DNA of 64,000 nt from an uncultured bacterium (GTDB lineage Bacteria > Acidobacteriota > Thermoanaerobaculia > Multivoradales > J023), in contig CBDUGP010000022.1 in the NCBI GenBank assembly GCA_965366625.1, positions 21,165-85,164 on the forward strand. The letters run 5' to 3'. Under the pieces are notes generated by a model. The model made no database searches and was not told where the DNA came from. It was given only the letters and a program-made list of their open reading frames with translations. This document shows, one piece after another, positions 17,501 through 24,299 of this stretch (position 1 is the first letter of the stretch; each line of letters begins with the position of its first letter). The translations under genes and the position numbers were made by a program.

Positions 17501-18217
17501 GCCCTGCAGCACAATTGGGTCGGCGGCAACCTCGAGTCCGGACACGACGGCGATGCAACGTCGACCCTCGGTCTAGCGCGCAAACCCGGAGTCGGCAGGG
17601 CACACAGCCTAGAATTCGACGGCAGCGGCGGATATTTGAGGGTCGACAGTTTGTTCGGTGACGAGCCCGACATTGTTGGAAATCAGCTGACTTTGGCGAC
17701 CTGGATGCGACTCGACTACCCGGGCCAAAGCGTCACGGCCCAGGACCAATGCCTGCCTTTTTCCTCGAGTGTGCCATGCACCGTCATCGCCAAGTCCGGC
17801 TCCGGGAACCACGACATCACCTGGGGGCTGCGGGTGCTCTACAAAGACTCCAGCTGGTGGGCTCAAATGCACGTCACCAATTCCAACGGTGACATCGCCA
17901 ATCGATCCCAAGCCCTGGGATCGGCTCTTGACCCAAGTGCCTTTGACCCAGGTGCCTGGCACCACCTCGCAGCGATCTATGACGACGGTGCCGTGGAATT
18001 CTTTCTCGACGGCAGCTCCCTGGGCGCCGGCGTTTCCATCCACAGCTCGGACACGGATCTCTTGACCGATCCAAGCCACCCTATTTCGATCGGCGCCAAG
18101 CTGAAGAGCGGCACCACGGCCCTCTTTCCCTTTCACGGCCGTTTGGACGAGCTTCACGTCTACGATCGGGCGTTGGCCGATTGGGAGGTCGCCCTGCTGG
18201 TGGTCGAGACACCCTGA
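14579..18217 (+). CDS. Large exported protein with two LamG/concanavalin-A-like domains and one CxxCH motif
   Basis: N-terminal hydrophobic segment. LamG motifs AWNHLAF...GWIDEFKV and AWHHLAAIYD...FFLDG...GRLDELHVYDRAL. CLSCH at 17240-17254. The start may be ATG 14588. Confidence 0.78.
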   Translation: MRPMKPHETATQPIAPKAQHQRRLLPWLQGLVFGSLSCLIALSSLAGETSVVDTLPPEPVLLPKIHGMELENGAYEYTDPYLPLMTATRDYRVGVSRKLQVINGVSEVRFFLLKPEALDDQVGLAGSPPGAAHWIDIFDMYAGNLGANPQLVADADDFHSHGDADFGPMHFSICDPTLGHSNGRNPYSCGPNLDCYEFDLMLGLSIGHTAANPNPSGADEAQLFSTRVLVKILNPKTAAASIQSVEIVDKNGNGNRSDETVAGPRFEGTTSHGIGSFHTPMIVGDQNELLFVRIGGNSVPQYTDENGQPRTSGKHDMVYSVNTTGNPCDVNAWTELRPISFAPIDPEVADFGFAQNPFRTPSGHEIQPHERIYGTYLWVDQDADNLFFGSLKRPLLSSDIDPAKPLYDYTCWNGGDECHSGERRSNFHGWMMAGLWTHGKMVLLDSLVNNMDFGILAAEKYHTRVQLFSDRAIRIGTGEDASKIDGGSEPAGYARTTVQFGSTEHFLNMVDAMKPRTPRDVVWHVTAGAVSDEIAFDDLISHRTLIFSPMNALKEMDPGADLTYYDGNQSADPGQSRTLRLQNSATSKRFLTPPFGEVVASSDQGRIENVALGGIKARGFYLFSPSSIRYSIPSQDLSGRDWLISLFLDRRDSSTGRSRLLTLPSGASVSLDGGNAELRLCGSSGSCTQITLPIGIPTKAWNHLAFLRVGSTNKVQLFQNGFLFAEIDQPVGFDISSGDLEVGNTSSSSEAGFEGWIDEFKVIEGPFNLEEVCNHARGTLVSMPSSYQGDPTNPFAQLELPFHARDPKPAHWVSGREAVQDALHNATAIAQSLSDYFACHVDYTSHLGVSVHHPGDLQIRSLRRRILFPEGPVVFNHPRPTSIQNNFCLSCHEPGRTAGLHTDALIADLAQAQNDARRMPMQAPRDLTGWVPSGYFGPDRPATDTSYSDLNPLVSDRWTHNGPIFRWKFDSGAGALQHNWVGGNLESGHDGDATSTLGLARKPGVGRAHSLEFDGSGGYLRVDSLFGDEPDIVGNQLTLATWMRLDYPGQSVTAQDQCLPFSSSVPCTVIAKSGSGNHDITWGLRVLYKDSSWWAQMHVTNSNGDIANRSQALGSALDPSAFDPGAWHHLAAIYDDGAVEFFLDGSSLGAGVSIHSSDTDLLTDPSHPISIGAKLKSGTTALFPFHGRLDELHVYDRALADWEVALLVVETP

Positions 18218-18342
18218 GGTCTGCTTGGCTCCAGGCCTTGATTGACAAGCCCCACGGCTTGCTTCAGCATCTGCCGGGAAGACTCCAGCCGGCTCGAAGC
18301 CTGCGACCGAACTGCCCGCCGAATTCGAAAGTGAGATCCAAC

Positions 18343-18702
18343 ATGTCCTATCTATCGGCAGAACAACTCCGAGATTTTCACCAACGCCTCCTGGACGCCA
18401 AAGCGAGCATCCAAGCGTTGTTGTCCCAAACTGCCGCGGACACCCAACCCGTGGACCTCAACTTGCCCATCGGTCGGCTGACCCGAATCGACGCCATCCA
18501 AATGCAGGGCATGGCCCAGATGAACCGGCATCAGCTCGAAATTCGTCTCCAACAGGTCGAGGCGGCCCTGTTGGCCCACGATCGCGGGGATTACGGAGTC
18601 TGTCGATCTTGTAAGGGGCCCATGCGCATCGAACGCTTGGAGGTGCTCCCTGAATCTCCCTTCTGCGTCGAATGCCAAGAGTCCTTTGAGCAAGCGCCTT
18701 AA
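18343..18702 (+). CDS. TraR/DksA-family C4 zinc-finger protein
   Basis: Start re-called at ATG 18343. GRLTRIDAIQMQ coiled coil and CRSC...IERLEVLPESPFCVEC. Confidence 0.85.
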   Translation: MSYLSAEQLRDFHQRLLDAKASIQALLSQTAADTQPVDLNLPIGRLTRIDAIQMQGMAQMNRHQLEIRLQQVEAALLAHDRGDYGVCRSCKGPMRIERLEVLPESPFCVECQESFEQAP

Positions 18703-18759
18703 CCACTTCCGCCGTGTTAATCTACTCTCATCCGTCCGAATCATTTTAAGGAGATCCGT

Positions 18760-19260
18760 ATGAGTGTTTTCCGCTGTTTCGTGGTCGTGCTCGTCTTACT
18801 CGCTTTACCCACCGTCGCCATGGCAGATCACCATGAGCTTATGCAGGAGGTCAAAACCTTTGGTGAGGCTGTGACCAAAGCCATGCTCGCCGAAGATGTC
18901 GACTCCATGCTCAACATGTACACCGACGACGCCATCTCGCTGCCCAACTTCGGCCCCCGCATGGACGGCAAGGAAGAGATGAAGAAGCACCATGAGCAAA
19001 TGGCCGCCATGGGCATGAAGATTACTTCCTTTGACAGCGAGCCCACCGAAGTGTGGCAAGCGGGTGATCAAGTGATCGAGGTCGGCACTTACCACATCAC
19101 CATGACCATGGGCGATGCACCAGCGCCGATTGAAGACAAGGGCAAATACGTGACCGTCTACGTCCGGGACAAGAGCGGCGCTCTAAAGATCAAAGTCGAA
19201 ACCTGGAATACGGACATGAATCCGATGGCCATGGGCGACTCGGGACATTCCCACGAATAG
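18760..19260 (+). CDS. Exported SnoaL-like / DUF4440 (NTF2-fold) protein
   Basis: AGGAG RBS and signal peptide. MYTDDAISLPNFGP...EVGTYHITM...DKGKYVTVY...KIKVETWN. Confidence 0.82.
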   Translation: MSVFRCFVVVLVLLALPTVAMADHHELMQEVKTFGEAVTKAMLAEDVDSMLNMYTDDAISLPNFGPRMDGKEEMKKHHEQMAAMGMKITSFDSEPTEVWQAGDQVIEVGTYHITMTMGDAPAPIEDKGKYVTVYVRDKSGALKIKVETWNTDMNPMAMGDSGHSHE

Positions 19261-19357
19261 TGTCCCCCTAGCTCTGTAAGGGCTTCTGTAGCTCTGTTGG
19301 TCGAGACGAAAACGGTGATAGGTTCCCTTCGGCATCTTTTTCAGCTCGAGGGAAACT

Positions 19358-20647
19358 ATGAAGGATTCAACAGAGGTTCTAATCGTCGGCGGCGGACCGG
19401 CAGGAAGCACGGCCGCCGCCCTCTTGGCTGCCGCCGGCCGCTCGGTCACCGTCATTGAAAAAGAACGATTCCCGAGATTCCACATTGGCGAATCGTTGCT
19501 CCCATATAGCGCGCCGCTTTTTCGCCGCTTGGGTGTTTGGGATCGTCTCCAGAACCAAGGATTTCAACGCAAGCTCGGGGCTCAATTCATTTTCGAGCCC
19601 GGTCAACGAGCTTCACGCCTCGATTTTCAGAAGAGCTTGGATCGCGACCTCTCACTCGCATTTCAAGTGCGCCGAGCCGAACTCGACCAATTGCTCTTGG
19701 ACAATGCCCGAGATCAGGGTGCCGAAGCCCTTGAAGGTCTCTCCGTGGACCGCGTCCTCTTCGAAGAAAGCAGGGCCGTCGGAGCCGAGGTCCGTGACGC
19801 CGAAGGAAACCTCCGGGTTCTGCGGGCTAAAGTGGTGATCGACGCCACCGGAAGAGACACGCTCCTGGGCCGTCAATTGGGCCTCAAACGCAAAGACGAA
19901 GCCCTGCGTCAGGCAGCCCTTTTCGGCCATTTCAAGGGCGCCGAAATGGGATTGGGGCCGGAAGGCGGCGACATCTTGGTCGTGGGGGGAGAATACGGCT
20001 GGTTTTGGCTGATCCCCTTGGACCAGGACACTACCAGCGTGGGTGTCGTGTTCCCGAGTCGGGTGCTGAGGGCAGCACGCTCCGTCGAGCAAGGCTCGTC
20101 CCAGGCAGTTTTCGACCTTTTGGTGGCCCAGTCTCCCGAAGTCTCGAAACGCCTTCGAAACGCCCGCTGCTCCCGCCCCGTTGAAGCCGCTGCGGACTTT
20201 TCCTATCGCTGCAAGCAATTCGTCGGCGACGGCTGGATGTTGGTGGGCGACGCCGCCGGCTTCTTGGACCCGGTTTTTTCCTCGGGTGTTTTTCTTGCCA
20301 TGAGCACTGCCGCACGGGCCGCTGATCTGCTGGTAAAACGACTGCGCGCGGGGGGGCCCGTTCGTCGCAGAGATCTGATCGGTTACGAGCGCTTCGCTGC
20401 ACGCGGATTCGATCGATTTCGCCGCTACATCCTCGCCTACTACGATCCCGCCTGTGTCTCCATGTTCGCCCGAGAGCCTCCCGTGATCATTCGACGGGCC
20501 GTCTCATCCGCGTTCGCGGGCAAAGTATTTGCGCGTGACCCTCGGATATGGCTGATGGAATCCCTCTTCTTCGGAGGCGCCGCACGGCTCCGCCGCCTTG
20601 CCGCCCGCAACAAAGTCGAGCTTCCCTTGGCGCCGTCCTGCGAATAG
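19358..20647 (+). CDS. Flavin-dependent halogenase-like FAD/NAD(P)-dependent oxidoreductase
   Basis: GGGPAGS FAD motif, RFHIGESLLP, WFWLIP (WxWxIP) and GDAAGFLDPVFSSGV. Confidence 0.82.
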   Translation: MKDSTEVLIVGGGPAGSTAAALLAAAGRSVTVIEKERFPRFHIGESLLPYSAPLFRRLGVWDRLQNQGFQRKLGAQFIFEPGQRASRLDFQKSLDRDLSLAFQVRRAELDQLLLDNARDQGAEALEGLSVDRVLFEESRAVGAEVRDAEGNLRVLRAKVVIDATGRDTLLGRQLGLKRKDEALRQAALFGHFKGAEMGLGPEGGDILVVGGEYGWFWLIPLDQDTTSVGVVFPSRVLRAARSVEQGSSQAVFDLLVAQSPEVSKRLRNARCSRPVEAAADFSYRCKQFVGDGWMLVGDAAGFLDPVFSSGVFLAMSTAARAADLLVKRLRAGGPVRRRDLIGYERFAARGFDRFRRYILAYYDPACVSMFAREPPVIIRRAVSSAFAGKVFARDPRIWLMESLFFGGAARLRRLAARNKVELPLAPSCE

Positions 20648-20658
20648 CCCCACGAGGT

Positions 20659-20726
20659 TAGGGTAGGGTGCCTGGCACCCTACCTAGGGTTCAGTGCCTG
20701 GGTAGGGTGCCAGGCACCCTACCCAG
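20659..20726. repeat. Pair of long perfect palindromes built on the family-A core and bounded by GTAG/CTAC
   Basis: 20659-20685 is TAGGTAGGGTGCC-T-GGCACCCTACCTA (13-bp arms). 20696-20726 is CCTGGGTAGGGTGCC-A-GGCACCCTACCCAGG (15-bp arms). They lie about 150 bp upstream of the RAYT-like gene. Confidence 0.92.
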
Positions 20727-20876
20727 GACCCAGGCGAGTGGTCGGCCCTGCTTAGAAAAGTTTCCAAGAATCCCCGCCAGCTACAGAATTCGCCGCTCCG
20801 ATTGCGTCTAGGAACTAGTAGTGACCCACCAGTGTGTCCACTGGTGACTACAAAACCTCGACGAAGGAGCGAAGCC

Positions 20877-21818
20877 ATGGCCAGACATCCCCGCATTCAC
20901 ATCCAATCTCGGCCTTTGATGGAGTTTTCCAATCGAATTGCCCAAGGACTTCACCTCCTTCAACCACAGAGCACGCTCAATCAGCTCGTCGTGGGCGCTT
21001 TGGCTCGAGCACAAAAACTCTATCCGATGAAAATCCATGCGGCCGCATTCTTAGGCAACCACTGGCACATCTTGGCCACTCCCGACTCGGTGGAGCAGCA
21101 AGCTCGATTCTTCTGCCACTTCACCCGGGCGATCTCCATCGAAATTCAGCGTCTCCGGGATTGGGAGGGAACCGTCTTCCCCAAGCGCTATCACGCTGCG
21201 GAGATTTCAACAGAACCGGAGATGCAAATGCGCCGCCTAAAGTACGTCCTGAGCAATTCCGCCAAAGAGGGACTTTGCGCATCTCCCTTGGACTGGCCTG
21301 GAGCCCCATTCGCCAAGGCCTTGGTCACCGGCGAGCCCCTAAGAGGAATATGGATCAATCGCAGCGCACTTTATAAGGCGCGTCAACGGGGCAAAGATGT
21401 TTGTGATCTCGACTTCGCGCAAGAAGAGCTACTTTTCCTCGATCCCTTACCGTGTTTGGAGCATCTAGACCCCAGCTCTCAGCGCTCTTGTATTGCGGAC
21501 ACAATCCGAGAAATCGAGCATGAAACCCAATTGAAACACCATGAGCAGGGCACGAATCCGATCGGTTCCAAAAAGCTTTTGGCCATGAATCCACTGCGTC
21601 GCCCCAAGTCTTTCGTAGGCTCCCCGCAACCCAGATTTCACGCTTGGAATCGGCAGATCAGGCAGGACATGTCAGAGGCGATGCAGTGGATCATTGAGTC
21701 CTACCGAAGTGCCGCCTCCGACCTCAAGCTCGGGTTAAAGCATGCAATATTTCCCGAGAATTGCTTTCCGCCGGGGCTCCCCTTCGTGCCCGCCGGCTCC
21801 ACTCAGATTCACTCATAG
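20877..21818 (+). CDS. REP-associated tyrosine transposase-like (RAYT, Y1 HUH) protein 1
   Basis: Start re-called at ATG 20877 (AAGGAG RBS). N-terminal MARHPR, HUH motif GNHWH, FPKRYHA, Tyr helix RLKYVLSN and GLCASPLDWPG. Confidence 0.85.
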   Translation: MARHPRIHIQSRPLMEFSNRIAQGLHLLQPQSTLNQLVVGALARAQKLYPMKIHAAAFLGNHWHILATPDSVEQQARFFCHFTRAISIEIQRLRDWEGTVFPKRYHAAEISTEPEMQMRRLKYVLSNSAKEGLCASPLDWPGAPFAKALVTGEPLRGIWINRSALYKARQRGKDVCDLDFAQEELLFLDPLPCLEHLDPSSQRSCIADTIREIEHETQLKHHEQGTNPIGSKKLLAMNPLRRPKSFVGSPQPRFHAWNRQIRQDMSEAMQWIIESYRSAASDLKLGLKHAIFPENCFPPGLPFVPAGSTQIHS

Positions 21819-21902
21819 GCAGCTTCGACACTCCATCGATACCCAACGCGGAAAGAGAAAAAGACGAGCTCCGTCGCGGTCCCCGGCTCAAGACATTGCG
21901 AA
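21809..21902 (-). pseudogene. Internally deleted, diverged remnant of the 3' end of a paralog of CDS 23238-24296
   Basis: 21809-21834 matches 23238-23263 at 25/26 nt (encodes SVEAAYE*). 21835-21902 matches 23354-23421 at 56/68 nt (SQCLEPGTATELVFFSFRVGYR vs SQFLELGTTTEPVFFYFRVGDR). Confidence 0.8.
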
Positions 21903-21925
21903 CTGAATCAAGACCATCTGAGTCA

Positions 21926-22130
21926 GTGCCTGGCACGACCACGTTGGACACCACCCGGTTGCGGGCTGAGTCGGTGCCCAAGCTGAGCCAGTACCTGTCA
22001 CCACCGGGTTGGAGTACCACCCAGGTGGGATGCCTGGCACCACTCCTTTGGTGGGCGGGATGCCTGGCACCATCCTTTGGATTGGCACCACTCCTTTGGT
22101 GGGCGGGATGCCTGGCACCATCCTTTGGAT
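21926..22130. repeat. Degenerate family-A repeat cluster including a perfect 48-bp tandem duplication
   Basis: GTGCCTGGCAC at 21926, GTACCTGTCACC at 21991 and GATGCCTGGCACC at 22029, 22059 and 22107. 22035-22082 is identical to 22083-22130. Confidence 0.88.
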
Positions 22131-22244
22131 TTGGCTTGGGCAGTTCGACTCGTGGTCGACAAACGAAAATCTCGACGAAGTCGTCGTATTCTCACAGCCG
22201 CTTTGCATGGTCTTGGCAAAATACTGTCGGAGTCATCGCCCTCA

Positions 22245-22694
22245 ATGATGGCGCAAGAGCGTGCCTACCAGTTCCTAGAGCGTGCGAAGTCTTTGATGGT
22301 GCGACAGTCAAAATCCGTCGCCAAGATGCAGATCAACTGGCATATGGGCAAGATTGCGTTCAATCTCGGCCTCAACAATCAGGGGGAGCGTTTGATCAGA
22401 AAAGCTCGCAAAGGGTTGAGGGAGCTAGGAGAATTCCAAGAGTTTGCTCTCGCGAGTCTAGATCTGGCAGCGCTATACCTGTTGTTCGGTGACACAACTT
22501 CGTTCGAAGCCCTGGTCAGAGATACCAATGAGTATTTGGTGCAGGCCATTCCGGATTCTGAGATGCTGAGAATTCTGTCCAACTGGCGGAGTCGTCTTCT
22601 TCGGTCCCCAGAAGAGTTCACGCAACTCCGACGACAGGTGGCGTCGCTCGGAAAAGAAGCTGCCGCTTCACCGCATGCTCAAATGTGCGAATAG
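22245..22694 (+). pseudogene. Probable truncated TPR-like helical protein (C-terminal remnant)
   Basis: Helical repeat KARKGLRELGEFQEFALASLDLAALYLLFGD. The upstream in-frame extension to 22077 is only translated repeat sequence. Confidence 0.45.
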
Positions 22695-22724
22695 AAGTCG
22701 GTACAGGAGAGGTCTTCTGGATGC

Positions 22725-22749
22725 GGCGACAGGCTCAAGCCCTGTCGCC
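22725..22749. other. GC-rich hairpin (terminator- or REP-like)
   Basis: GGCGACAGG-CTCAAGC-CCTGTCGCC, a 9-bp perfect stem with no T-tract. Confidence 0.4.
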
Positions 22750-23146
22750 TGAATCGGTTAACCGGTCGGCACAATAAAGCCTTGGGCTCCAGCCCTGACA
22801 GTGGTCTGAAGATGCATCTCTGATCTCCTGTAGCGATGAGGTGGAATTACCTCGTCACTCAGGCTATCAAGAAGAGTGCACCGACCCCTGATTTCGCAAT
22901 CCGATGGGTTTGTAGCTTTCCTGTTCTTCCTTTCTCATCAAGAGAAGCCTATTTTCGGCAGCCGCGCTACCTGGAGGGAATATTTTGGACAGCACGGAAC
23001 GCCCTTCGTTCTTGAAGGCATATCCCTCCGTCTGAAGGGGAGGCGAAACTGACCGACCACTGCTCAGGTGACCCAAACTGATTGCTATCTGATTGCCGGC
23101 ACTTGGAGAGGAAGAGGAGCGATTTGTTGTAAGTGCTTGAAAAGAC

Positions 23147-23197
23147 TGGAGCCGACAGGCGGGTTTGAACCGCCGACCTACTGATTACGAGGTCGGC
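23147..23197 (-). pseudogene. 3' half of a tRNA-Thr(CGT) gene, att-site-like
   Basis: The reverse complement of 23147-23190 is TCGTAATCAG-TAGGTC-GGCGG-TTCAAAC-CCGCC-TGTCGGCT-CCA: anticodon loop, T-arm, acceptor 3' strand and CCA. There is no D-arm. An 8-bp inverted repeat GCCGACCT/AGGTCGGC (23172-23179, 23190-23197) flanks the junction. Confidence 0.8.
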
Positions 23198-23237
23198 GTT
23201 AACGTTACAGATCGACGCGTGGTTGCATCGATGGAAA

Positions 23238-24296
23238 TCACTCATAGGCGGCTTCGACACTCCGTCCGCCACCACCATTGAGCCAAAGTCGGGCATGGGC
23301 GCGGACGGTGCCTTCATGGTCGACCCAGGGTGCCTCTAGGTAGCCTTTTCCATATCGATCCCCGACTCGGAAATAGAAAAAGACGGGCTCTGTCGTGGTC
23401 CCCAGCTCGAGGAATTGGGAATAGCCGTCGGCCGGGGCTTCGAGCATCGACCGCAGGGCAGCCCGTGGACCTGTTTCCGCGGGAAAGTGACGCGTTACAC
23501 CGCCGATGGAAGAGAAGTCGAGGGTCGCGCCGACCGGGCGTCGATGGACCGGGGCGACCGGCACGTTTTTAGCGCGATTCTCCGTCACGTCGACCAACGC
23601 GGCCTTGCCGTCGGCTGCGGTGGTTGTGGTTAAGCGCAAGACGAAGGGATCGTCTTGCCCGGCAACTTTGGCCGGCAGATCCCTCAGCCCGACCACACGT
23701 GCCTTGCGGTTGCGAGGGTCGAGGGCCAAGACCGCAGCCTTTGAGGCGTCTCCCGCCACCAGCTCGCCTTGGACCGCCTGCAACTCCACCGGATTCTGAA
23801 GCGGCCGCAAGGTCACCCGCAGACGGGTTTCGTCGACCCTATTGCTCTCCGAAGTGGCGACGGCGAAGTTCAACGTCTCGCTGCGATAGCCGTCCTTGCT
23901 CAAACGAACTCGCACGTCCGTACAAGGACTGCATTGATAACGAAAAGCGCCCGTGACTTCCTCTTTGTGGCGAGTCGACACCCGGAGTTCCGGTCTTTGC
24001 GGGTCAAATGAGCCTTCCGTGACCGACAAACGCACGCCTGCCAGGGGACGTCCCGTGGACGCGTCGACCACGGCGCCGCCCACCCGGATCTCACCGCTGA
24101 GCTTGCTTTCCAGGAGCTCCCGAACCGGAGGCAGTTCGGGAGGAGTCTGTGCCGACAGATAAGACGGTGCCAGGCACATGACCCCTAGGCACATGACCAC
24201 CAGGCACATCCATGCCCTATGAGCGGGTGCCAGGCACGTCCTTGCCAGGCACGTCTTTGCTAAGGCCACCATCGCAATTTCTTTAACCGTATTCAT
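23238..24296 (-). CDS. Exported protein with a carboxypeptidase-regulatory-like domain; candidate immunity/partner protein
   Basis: Starts 3 nt after the giant ORF stop, with a GGGAG RBS. The signal peptide is built from repeat-derived CLA(R/P)/MCL units. Domain block VGGAVVDASTGRPLAGVRLSV...VRVRLSKDGYRSET. Confidence 0.78.
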   Translation of the reverse strand: MNTVKEIAMVALAKTCLARTCLAPAHRAWMCLVVMCLGVMCLAPSYLSAQTPPELPPVRELLESKLSGEIRVGGAVVDASTGRPLAGVRLSVTEGSFDPQRPELRVSTRHKEEVTGAFRYQCSPCTDVRVRLSKDGYRSETLNFAVATSESNRVDETRLRVTLRPLQNPVELQAVQGELVAGDASKAAVLALDPRNRKARVVGLRDLPAKVAGQDDPFVLRLTTTTAADGKAALVDVTENRAKNVPVAPVHRRPVGATLDFSSIGGVTRHFPAETGPRAALRSMLEAPADGYSQFLELGTTTEPVFFYFRVGDRYGKGYLEAPWVDHEGTVRAHARLWLNGGGGRSVEAAYE

Positions 24297-24299
24297 CGT

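Noticed and set aside
18343-20647. Halogenated natural-product gene cluster
   Set aside because: No NRPS, PKS, carrier protein, RiPP precursor or flavin reductase is adjacent.
23147-23197. Functional tRNA-Thr gene
   Set aside because: There is no D-arm and no 5' anticodon-stem strand, so only the 3' half is present.
21809-23421. Diversity-generating retroelement template/variable repeat pair
   Set aside because: The 12 mismatches are not adenine-specific on either strand, and there is no reverse transcriptase in the window.
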